In this document: piece after piece, positions 56,418 to 64,000 of the stretch
How the letters are laid out: each line of letters begins with the position of its first letter
How positions within the stretch are numbered: the first letter of the stretch is position 1
Source of the DNA: a virus
Lineage: Duplodnaviria > Caudoviricetes
Virus record (IMG/VR): IMGVR_UViG_3300040811_001959
Length of the DNA stretch: 64,000 bases
Direction: 5' to 3' (one strand)
Translations under genes and position numbers: made by a program
The notes under the pieces: generated by a model
Seen by the model: the letters and a program-made list of their open reading frames with translations, nothing else
Told to the model about the DNA's origin: nothing
Databases searched by the model: none

Positions 56418-57089
56418 ATGTCAAAAGGTAAAGTTACAGCATTTATTCCTTGTAGAAAAGGAAGTACACGGTTAGGATTTGATAAACAATTAAGTTTATT
56501 TGCAAATACTACAACATTACTAGATATAAAAGTACAGCAACTTTTAGAAGCAAAAAAAATAGATAATGTTGTGCTTTCTACTGACGATGAAAAAATTTTT
56601 GAAAAGTTTAATAATATTGATAGAGTTTCTGTTTTTGAAAGAGATAAAAAATTTTTAGAACTAACAGATGCAAATCATTTTGCAGATATAGCAGTTTCGC
56701 ATATAAACGAAGGAAATATTTTAATAACTCATTGTACAGTACCTTTTTTTTCTAGATATGACGATGTAATTACATTTTTTAATGAAAACAATTTAGAATG
56801 TGTTATAACTGGTCGTAAAGTTGGCCATATGGTAGTAGAAAATAATAAGATAGTAAATTGGGATATACAAAACAAAGGAGTTTGGCCACAAACTCAAAAA
56901 TTACCGAATTGGTTTGAATTTTGTACTGCTGTAGAACCTCTTATGAGTTTTGATTTAATGAATAATTTAAGAAGTAGATTAAGTAATAAAATAAGTATTT
57001 TTGAAGTAAATGATTTAGAAGCATTTGATATAGATTATTTAGAACAATGGCGTATTGCAGAAGAGATATGGAAAGCAAAGCAGAAATAA
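56418..57089 (+). CDS. Acylneuraminate/KDO-type cytidylyltransferase (NeuA/CMAS family)
   Basis: AFIPCRKGSTRL..K......LL, LSTDDE, HCTVPF, and C-terminal FDIDYLEQWRIAE. Confidence 0.85.
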   Translation: MSKGKVTAFIPCRKGSTRLGFDKQLSLFANTTTLLDIKVQQLLEAKKIDNVVLSTDDEKIFEKFNNIDRVSVFERDKKFLELTDANHFADIAVSHINEGNILITHCTVPFFSRYDDVITFFNENNLECVITGRKVGHMVVENNKIVNWDIQNKGVWPQTQKLPNWFEFCTAVEPLMSFDLMNNLRSRLSNKISIFEVNDLEAFDIDYLEQWRIAEEIWKAKQK

Positions 57090-57856
57090 ATTTTTTTAAT
57101 AAAATTTTTAAAATAGGGTTTACTGATCCTTCTTTTAAAAAAGTAAGTTTTGATTATGCTGATTGGTGTACTTGGTTAGATAAACACGATGTTTACTTAG
57201 CTAAAATTATGCCAAATACTATAGATTCTATGCATGATTATTTTTATAAAAATAAATATTATCCAAAAAATTTTTACAATAATGATTTTACTTTTTTTAA
57301 TAGCTTACGCACAGAAGACGCACAAGATAAAATAAATAAAGTAATAATTAATGCAATTAGTTTGCGATTGCAACCTGTTTTCAGTCCGCCTATAGTACAT
57401 TATCATTTAAATTGGTTGCATCCAGGTAAAACGCTGGTAAGGGCTGCGGGTTTAATTAATAGGGCATGCCCTTGTTTGTTTATTGTAGAAAAAGGTGTTA
57501 TAGTAAAAAATAAATCTTTCATACTTAAAAAACAATTACATAATTTAGAAGAAATTTTATCTTTATATAATGGAAATGAAACATTAGGATCTTTTTTTCA
57601 AAAAAATAATAAGGTAATTTTACAATTGCAATCTTTTACAGGGCATTATGATAAAAAAGATAAAAATAATTGGATTGAATATCCTAAAAATTTAAATTGG
57701 AATGCATATTGGGATTATCTTGAAAAGTTAACAAAAAATTATAATACAGATCAAATTATTAAATTTATTCATAAAGTTTCAAATAGGACTGTAGTGTTGC
57801 ATAATTACCCTAAAGTATTTCCTAAGGCTTTTATTTTTAATAATTTTTTTGAATAA
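57068..57856 (+). CDS. Hypothetical protein, HPG-x-T motif (paralog 1)
   Basis: Likely start ATG 57068 (MESKAEINFF), overlapping the cytidylyltransferase end; motif PP.....WLHPGKTLVRAAGL. Confidence 0.6.
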   Translation: MESKAEINFFNKIFKIGFTDPSFKKVSFDYADWCTWLDKHDVYLAKIMPNTIDSMHDYFYKNKYYPKNFYNNDFTFFNSLRTEDAQDKINKVIINAISLRLQPVFSPPIVHYHLNWLHPGKTLVRAAGLINRACPCLFIVEKGVIVKNKSFILKKQLHNLEEILSLYNGNETLGSFFQKNNKVILQLQSFTGHYDKKDKNNWIEYPKNLNWNAYWDYLEKLTKNYNTDQIIKFIHKVSNRTVVLHNYPKVFPKAFIFNNFFE

Positions 57857-57876
57857 TTTGAAAAATTAATATAGGA

Positions 57877-58737
57877 ATGGATATAAAAATTTTAAAAAAA
57901 AGATTAAACGAACAATTTTATAAAGAGTATGACAGATATATCTTGCCTTATTATAAATTAACAGGAATAAAAGAAGATAAACAAAAAAGTTTTCGTGAAT
58001 ACATGCATACTTTTGTTGATAATAAGGTTGATTTAGTTAGATATGATAATTTAGATTGGTATCCAGATAATCGTTATGTTCGAACCAGATCGTATTATAA
58101 TCAGTGGATAAATTTTTTTGCAGCAAATGATTTAAACTTTTTTAAAGTTTTTAAAGATGAAGCTTGTCATAGGCACGCAAGGCAACATATAGAACTTTCC
58201 TGTGACTTATTAACAAATGAACCTACAGTTTTTCCTGTACGTATATTACCTGAGAGAGTTCATCCAGGTAATACTTTGATTAGGGCTTGTAAATTTTTGC
58301 AAAAGCCTTTGACTGTTTTAAGGGTGAGTTCTAAAGAATTTGTTGATAATGGAATAATAATTAAAGAATGTAAGTCTTTAGATGATATACAGCAATGTTA
58401 TGGCGATAAAAAAATCTTTGCTTGGTTTTATAACAAACAAAAAACGTATGGTTTACAAGTAGTGGTATTTCATTCAAATTGGACACAATTTGATGAAAAT
58501 GGAAATTTAAGATGGAGAAGTGATTTTAAATTAGATGGAAAATCAATATATCCTTTGCACAAATTTTTAGATTATTTAATTGATCAAACAAATTCTTTAA
58601 AAAAATGCCAAAAAATACAGTTTACTTACAGTGGTAAAAATTATACGTTAAACAATCCTATTAATAAACAATTGTCTAGAAAGATTTTTTTAGATGCTAT
58701 TAAATGGGGAAATCAAAATTTAACATCAAATTGGTAA
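57877..58737 (+). CDS. Hypothetical protein, HPG-x-T motif (paralog 2)
   Basis: Motif FP.....RVHPGNTLIRACKFL and downstream K..L..I...Y.....F..FY.K....LQ, similar to the preceding ORF. Confidence 0.6.
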   Translation: MDIKILKKRLNEQFYKEYDRYILPYYKLTGIKEDKQKSFREYMHTFVDNKVDLVRYDNLDWYPDNRYVRTRSYYNQWINFFAANDLNFFKVFKDEACHRHARQHIELSCDLLTNEPTVFPVRILPERVHPGNTLIRACKFLQKPLTVLRVSSKEFVDNGIIIKECKSLDDIQQCYGDKKIFAWFYNKQKTYGLQVVVFHSNWTQFDENGNLRWRSDFKLDGKSIYPLHKFLDYLIDQTNSLKKCQKIQFTYSGKNYTLNNPINKQLSRKIFLDAIKWGNQNLTSNW

Positions 58738-58781
58738 CTTAACTTTTTATATTATCACAAATTAATTAACAAATTGTATTA

Positions 58782-58792
58782 TATAATAAGTA
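58782..58792 (+). promoter_or_regulatory. Possible promoter (TATAAT at 58782-58787 and/or late-like ATAAGTA at 58786-58792)
   Basis: In a 59-nt AT-rich gap just before ATG 58797; no good -35 box at correct spacing. Confidence 0.3.
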
Positions 58793-58796
58793 CAGT

Positions 58797-60188
58797 ATGG
58801 CAAAAGTATCTAATACATTTTGTATCCTTCCATGGGTACATTTAAGCACAAGACCAGACGGCTCTATGAGAGTTTGTTGCACAGCAAATGCAAGTTCAGT
58901 TGGACCTACTAATGATAAAGAATATGGAGGACAAATTGGTATTTTAAAAACTGAAGATGGCAAACCTAATAATTTAAATGTAAGTGATTTTGTAAGCAGC
59001 TGGAACAGTACATATATGAAAAATGTACGAAAACAAATGTTAAATGGAGAAATACCACCTAGTTGTATAAAATGCTTCAAGGAAGAAGAAGCAGGACATA
59101 ATAGCAAAAGAATGTGGGAAACACGGTATTGGAGCGAAAGAGTAAATGTTGATAAATTAATTGCAGATACAAATGCGGACGGAAGTGTTCCTCCACAACT
59201 TACATATATTGATTTGAGATTTGGAACTAAATGTCAACTTGCTTGTGTGATGTGTTCACCACATGATAGTTCTGGTTGGATAAATGATTGGCAAGCAATA
59301 TATCCGCAAATAGAAAATGTTTCTTTAAAAGAAACTATGCAATGGAAAGACAAAGGTAGTTATAATGGTAGTAGTTATAACTGGCATAAAAATAATCCAA
59401 TATTTTGGGATCAGTTCTATGAACAAATTCCTAATATGCAACAAATATATTTTGCAGGAGGCGAGAGTTTAATCATTGAAGAACATTATGATATATTAGA
59501 ACAGTGTATAAAACAGGGTTATGCAAAAGATTTAGAATTACGTTATAATTCAAATGGGGTCGAATGGAGAGATGATTTATTTGATCTATGGAAAGAATTT
59601 AAATTAGTAAGATTTCATTATAGTGTTGATAGCATTAAAGAAATGAATGACTATATTAGATATCCTAGTCAATGGAATAGAACTGAAGAAGTATTTCATT
59701 TGTTAGATACTGAGACTAGCAATAATGTAGAAGTTACAATAGCTTGTGCGGTCCAAGCTTTAAATATATTTTATATACCTGATTTTATAAAATGGAAACT
59801 ACAGCAAAAATTTAACAAAGTAAATATGTGGCCTTTTGGTGCAGGTGGTGTAAATTATCATTTTGTTTATCATCCTCCGCATCTAAACGTTAAAATATTG
59901 CCAAAATGGTTTAAAGAAAAATGTCGTAAAAAGTATGAAGAGTTTTATCCCTGGTGGGAAGAGAACTGGGAATTAGGAATTCCTGCTTGGTATAAAGGAA
60001 AAGTTCAATATGCTGATTGGCGTAATGCCGGTTACGGAATTAGTAGATTAGAAGGAATGCTTCAATTTATGGAGTCGGAAGATTGGAGTTTAAGATTGCC
60101 AGAAACACGAGAATTTTTACAAAAGTGTAATAAACAAAGGAATTTAGATTTTAATACAATCTTTCCAGACATGGATAAGGTGTTTTAA
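58797..60188 (+). CDS. Radical SAM enzyme with N-terminal twitch/SPASM-like domain
   Basis: N-terminal FCILPWVHL....DG..RVCC ... C.KCF.EE..G..S.R, then IDLRFGTKCQLACVMC, FAGGES, YNSNG and SVDS. Confidence 0.9.
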   Translation: MAKVSNTFCILPWVHLSTRPDGSMRVCCTANASSVGPTNDKEYGGQIGILKTEDGKPNNLNVSDFVSSWNSTYMKNVRKQMLNGEIPPSCIKCFKEEEAGHNSKRMWETRYWSERVNVDKLIADTNADGSVPPQLTYIDLRFGTKCQLACVMCSPHDSSGWINDWQAIYPQIENVSLKETMQWKDKGSYNGSSYNWHKNNPIFWDQFYEQIPNMQQIYFAGGESLIIEEHYDILEQCIKQGYAKDLELRYNSNGVEWRDDLFDLWKEFKLVRFHYSVDSIKEMNDYIRYPSQWNRTEEVFHLLDTETSNNVEVTIACAVQALNIFYIPDFIKWKLQQKFNKVNMWPFGAGGVNYHFVYHPPHLNVKILPKWFKEKCRKKYEEFYPWWEENWELGIPAWYKGKVQYADWRNAGYGISRLEGMLQFMESEDWSLRLPETREFLQKCNKQRNLDFNTIFPDMDKVF

Positions 60189-60210
60189 AAAATTAAAGAT
60201 TAAGGAAAAA

Positions 60211-61023
60211 ATGTTTATTTTTCGTAAAAAGGATAAAAATGTCCCAGATAAAAATGTCTCAGATATAAAGTATCTAGATAAAAAAATTAGGATATATGGA
60301 TGTAGTTTTACTTATGGAGTATGGCAAAAATATACAAAAGATGGAGCCCCACTATCACCACACACTGAGTCTTGGACAGGTTTTTTTGCAAAATTACTTC
60401 CTGAATACCAAATTATAAATTATGCTACACCGGGTTGCAGTGTAAAATGGGTGACTTATTTGTTTAATAAATTTAAAAAAAAATATCCAAATGATATACA
60501 CATTACTCAAATACCACTTTTAGGAAGGCATAATTGGTGGGAAGATGATTTATCTATTGAAGATATATACACGCCTTACAAGTATGAAGATATACCAAAT
60601 TTAACAAAACATCGGCGAAATCACCGATATAGTCACCAACTATCTCCTTCAATACTTGAAAATTCTCAGCATTTTATACGCCCGTTTCGTATATGGACTA
60701 AACAAGAAATATCACGCTGGGGCAAAATGTATTTTGGTGGATTGGTTAATTTGGATCTTGAATTTATGGTTTGGTCATATTTTTTATATGATCATGCTGA
60801 TTTTGCTTTTCATCAAAAAGGCCTCCAAGATTTTCCTGGCATGCTGAAAAGCGATAGTGATTATAAAAAACAAAATTTTATTTCTTTTTGGAATGCAATT
60901 GAACAAGAGCCAAGCTTAACAACTTACCTAGATTATATAGTAGACGATGGACATCATTTAAATCCAGTAGCATTAGAATTTCAAGCTAATTGGGTATATC
61001 AAAATATAAAAAATTTATTATAA
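60211..61023 (+). CDS. SGNH/GDSL-hydrolase-fold protein (acyltransferase/esterase-like)
   Basis: Block I IYGCSFTYG, block II NYATPGCS and block V DDGHHLN (DxxH). Confidence 0.7.
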   Translation: MFIFRKKDKNVPDKNVSDIKYLDKKIRIYGCSFTYGVWQKYTKDGAPLSPHTESWTGFFAKLLPEYQIINYATPGCSVKWVTYLFNKFKKKYPNDIHITQIPLLGRHNWWEDDLSIEDIYTPYKYEDIPNLTKHRRNHRYSHQLSPSILENSQHFIRPFRIWTKQEISRWGKMYFGGLVNLDLEFMVWSYFLYDHADFAFHQKGLQDFPGMLKSDSDYKKQNFISFWNAIEQEPSLTTYLDYIVDDGHHLNPVALEFQANWVYQNIKNLL

Positions 61024-61025
61024 TT

Positions 61026-61931
61026 ATGGAAAGAGAAAAGCGAAGATATCCTTTTGTACGGATAAACAATGAAGAAGAAATTGCGAATCATAAACATTAT
61101 TTTTTAGATTACGAGCATCATCTAGTAGATTTAAAAAATATTAATGTAATTCATGATATAGCATCTAAGTTACAGCCTGTTCGCACAGAAGAGGATGTGT
61201 TTACTAAGGAAGAACTAGATTGGATTTATGGTTTTGCATTTAGTAGGTGTAACACTGTAAGGAATAATGATAATGGAACAATTTTTGTAAGTGGCAATTT
61301 ACAAGGAGTTTATGAAAAATTTAAAGATAAAATTAATTACCTAATTCCAGGAGCAGATAAATCTCCAGTAGTAGGAGGAAATTATTTTATTACTCCTACT
61401 CAGTATGGGTTGCATAATGACAGTACAAGAGAAAATGACTGGAAAGATAGTTTAAAATTTATGGCAATAGATGGTAATATTAGGAAATATGTACCATGGA
61501 GAAATATAATTATTCCAATTTTTACAGGACCAGCTGATATCGAATCGCATGCTATATTTTTTAAACAAAGGCACATTGATTATGCTCATGTATATCATCA
61601 TGGCGTGAATCCTAACAAGAAAATTGCAACAACGTATCCAATTGTAAAAGATTATAGCACAATTAAGTTCCATTTATTAGGAAATCTTATACAAGAAGGA
61701 GAAAAAAATCTTGTTCCTTACGATAAAGAACATCATGAAAAATATTTATATTATACTCCCTATAAAAGATTAACAGGACTCGAAGTAGAATCAACAGTAA
61801 TGTGGAAACCTGGTTGCCCTATTGTTTTTGATGCTTTTCAACTACACGCAACTAATAAAGGATTTGAAAATAAAATGTGGGATTTAAAAATGGGGTTACT
61901 ATTAACATTTTTACGTAAAGTTGATATATAG
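61026..61931 (+). CDS. 2OG-Fe(II) oxygenase-like protein
   Basis: Likely start ATG 61026. HxD motif YGLHND, distal His in FDAFQLHAT, and terminal K.GLLLTF strand. Confidence 0.6.
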   Translation: MEREKRRYPFVRINNEEEIANHKHYFLDYEHHLVDLKNINVIHDIASKLQPVRTEEDVFTKEELDWIYGFAFSRCNTVRNNDNGTIFVSGNLQGVYEKFKDKINYLIPGADKSPVVGGNYFITPTQYGLHNDSTRENDWKDSLKFMAIDGNIRKYVPWRNIIIPIFTGPADIESHAIFFKQRHIDYAHVYHHGVNPNKKIATTYPIVKDYSTIKFHLLGNLIQEGEKNLVPYDKEHHEKYLYYTPYKRLTGLEVESTVMWKPGCPIVFDAFQLHATNKGFENKMWDLKMGLLLTFLRKVDI

Positions 61932-61935
61932 TCAA

Positions 61936-64000
61936 ATGAATAATATTAATGAAAAAATAATTTGTCCTGCAGTATGGGATCATTTATGTGTTAATACAAA
62001 TGGCCATAACAGATTATGTTGTAATTCTAAAACTAGAGATTCCGATACATTTTTGTACAATCTTGATAATCATTGGAACAAATATAGACTTGATATTAAA
62101 CAGCAAATGTTAGCAGGTATTAAACCAAAAGAATGCAATTCTTGTTGGGATAAAGAGAAGAATAATATTACTAGTTTAAGAGAAACATTAGTAGAAAGAT
62201 ATAAGTTTTATAATTGGTGGGATGATTTTGTAAACTCTATTAACATTCATAAAAAGTATCCTACAGAATGGGATTTAAAATTAGGAAATTTTTGTAATCT
62301 TAGTTGTAGAATGTGTAACAGTTATAGCAGCAGTAAATATGCAACTGAATTAAAAAAAATATACAAAGAAACTGGATATGATTATGGTATAGATCCAAAT
62401 GAAAGATATTTTGAACAATTAGAATGGTATAATTCAGATCTTTTTTATGACATTTTTAAAAAATCAGTAGATAATGGTTTAAAAGCCATTAAATTTACAG
62501 GAGGAGAACCATTGATGGTGCCTAATGTAAAAAAAATGATAGATTATTGCATTAAAACCAATGTAGCTAAAAATGTAGAATTAAAAATTATTACCAATGC
62601 TACGCTTTTAGATGATGAATGGGTTGATAAATTTAAGAATTTTAAAGATGTGATTTTAAATTGTTCAGTTGATGGAGTTGGTGATATTTTTGAGTATATA
62701 AGACATCCTGCAAGTTGGGATACAGTTTATAAAAATTTGAATAATCTTAAAGAAATAAAAACAAAAAATATAGTTTTTACAATTTCTTTCACTATGCAAA
62801 TTTATAATATATTGCAATTACAAAAAATGATTATGTTAAGGAGAGAATTAAATGCACAAACTGTAAATGTAATACCTTTATCTGAGCCAAATTATTTTGA
62901 TGCAAAAAATGCTCCGTTATTTTTAAAAAAACAAGCTATAGAACAAATTGATGGTATAGTAACAAAAAATCATTTCGAAGAAAGATTTGTAAACAATGCC
63001 AGAAGTAAAATTAACCAACAAGCTGATTCTAATGTTAACCAACTTTACAGTAAGTTAGTAAGTATTACCGAGCTTAAAGATAAGTATAAAAATCAAGATA
63101 TATATAGTACTGAATTAGGTGAGGTTTTTTTGAAAATAAAACAAATTGCAGAAAATGTAGATACAAATACTAAAAAAATTGGGAAGACATTTTGTGTCTT
63201 ACCTTGGACTCATATAGCAACAAACTCAAATGGTAATCTTAGAGTTTGTTGTAATTCTGTATCCGGTAAAAATTTAATAAGGAAACCTAATGACGAGCCT
63301 TATAAGATATATAAGAAGGGAGAAGTAGTAGAAGCGTGGAATAGTGATTACTATAAAAATTTGAGGAAGCAATTTTTAAATGACGAAGTGCCTGACATAT
63401 GCACAAGATGTTTTGATTTAGAAAAAAATGGCGTAAAAAGTCCAAGAAATGGATGGAATGAAAATTACTATGACGAAAATGCATTATATGAAGAAAATGC
63501 ACCATTCAAAATAAAATATGTAGATATAAGATTAGGAAATCTTTGCAATTTAAAATGTAGGATGTGTAATCCCTATTCTAGTAATCAATGGGTAAAAGAA
63601 TGGAAATTATTAGAAAAAGATTTTTTAGATACTGAGTTAGATAGACTTGAACAATTGAACTGGCCAGAAAAATCTGCATTATGGGATAATTTAAAATTAG
63701 TTGCAAACGATGTTGTTATGATTTATCTTACTGGAGGAGAACCTACTATAATAAAAGAACAACATAAATTATTAGATTATTTTTTAGATAACAATTTAGC
63801 AAAGAATGTTAAATTAAAATATAATACTAATCTAACAAATATTCCGCATCATTTATTAGATAAATGGAAAAAATTTAAAAATGTTCAAGTAAATTGTTCC
63901 ATTGATGCTATTGGATCATTGGATAGATACATTAGGTATCCGAGTGATTGGAATACTATTGCAGAAAATTTTCAAATTGTAAAAAATTTAGAAAATTGCA
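61936..64000 (+). CDS. Tandem double twitch-radical SAM fusion protein; runs off the window's right edge
   Basis: Not in the track. Translated by hand with no stop from ATG 61936 to 64000 (>688 aa). Module 1 has ICPAVW.HL..RLCC and CNLSCRMC (62293-62316) with FTGGEP. Module 2 has FCVLPWTHI..RVCC (from 63190) and CNLKCRMC (63544-63567) with LTGGEP. Confidence 0.9.
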   Translation, partial: MNNINEKIICPAVWDHLCVNTNGHNRLCCNSKTRDSDTFLYNLDNHWNKYRLDIKQQMLAGIKPKECNSCWDKEKNNITSLRETLVERYKFYNWWDDFVNSINIHKKYPTEWDLKLGNFCNLSCRMCNSYSSSKYATELKKIYKETGYDYGIDPNERYFEQLEWYNSDLFYDIFKKSVDNGLKAIKFTGGEPLMVPNVKKMIDYCIKTNVAKNVELKIITNATLLDDEWVDKFKNFKDVILNCSVDGVGDIFEYIRHPASWDTVYKNLNNLKEIKTKNIVFTISFTMQIYNILQLQKMIMLRRELNAQTVNVIPLSEPNYFDAKNAPLFLKKQAIEQIDGIVTKNHFEERFVNNARSKINQQADSNVNQLYSKLVSITELKDKYKNQDIYSTELGEVFLKIKQIAENVDTNTKKIGKTFCVLPWTHIATNSNGNLRVCCNSVSGKNLIRKPNDEPYKIYKKGEVVEAWNSDYYKNLRKQFLNDEVPDICTRCFDLEKNGVKSPRNGWNENYYDENALYEENAPFKIKYVDIRLGNLCNLKCRMCNPYSSNQWVKEWKLLEKDFLDTELDRLEQLNWPEKSALWDNLKLVANDVVMIYLTGGEPTIIKEQHKLLDYFLDNNLAKNVKLKYNTNLTNIPHHLLDKWKKFKNVQVNCSIDAIGSLDRYIRYPSDWNTIAENFQIVKNLENC

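Noticed and set aside
4335-61025. Track start codons at 4424, 8630, 47872, 57047 and 60990
   Set aside because: Downstream ATGs at 4334, 8702, 47875, 57068 and 61026 fit promoter or ribosome-binding positions and avoid long overlaps with neighbouring genes.
15459-63505. Short antisense or off-frame track ORFs inside the baseplate, giant, fibre and enzyme genes (e.g. 15459..15932, 19559..19816, 42599..43168, 51371..51691, 58766..59107, 63287..63505)
   Set aside because: They lie almost entirely within longer motif-bearing genes and have no ribosome-binding sites or motifs of their own.
49145-64000. DNA hypermodification cluster interpretation
   Set aside because: No thymidylate-synthase/hydroxymethylase, nucleotide kinase, queuosine-pathway or GT-B DNA glucosyltransferase hallmarks were seen, and the genes follow a late promoter and fibre genes. 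Kept only as an alternative to test.
1-64000. Alternative genetic code or stop-codon reassignment as in some large phages
   Set aside because: All core genes, including the 16.6-kb ORF, read intact under the standard code, and TAA, TAG and TGA all occur as real stops.
1-64000. tRNA genes, integrase/transposase, inteins, reverse transcriptase/DGR
   Set aside because: None was recognised. Intergenic gaps other than 10740-11150 are too short, and portal, gp46, gp47 and gp55 have normal lengths.

Overview
The window is a 64-kb segment of a large, AT-rich, T4-related myophage that uses the standard genetic code. The lineage cannot be named from sequence alone. From left to right it holds four blocks. 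(1) A minus-strand head module: partial major capsid protein gp23, core scaffold gp22, protease gp21, an acidic repeat protein, a frameshifted sialyltransferase/Maf-fold gene, portal gp20 and a tape-measure-like gene. (2) A divergent gp26-like tail chaperone with a -1 frameshift extension resembling gp51, then a membrane protein, a ~390-nt structured non-coding region, and an operon from a sigma70-type promoter (gp55 late sigma, gp47, gp46, Hc1-like protein, Holliday-junction resolvase). (3) A plus-strand late baseplate and fibre module, including a 5521-aa giant protein and three paralogous fibre proteins. (4) A 15-kb enzyme cluster: several glycosyltransferases, a GT-GT-methyltransferase fusion, an AsnB-like amidotransferase, a cytidylyltransferase, an SGNH protein, a 2OG-Fe(II) oxygenase and four radical SAM modules, two of them fused in one ORF that runs off the window. 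The strongest leads are the putative virion glyco-modification cluster, the programmed -1 frameshift, the structured ncRNA candidate and the poly-A-interrupted GT42/Maf-like gene. All family assignments come from motifs read by eye; no searches were run.
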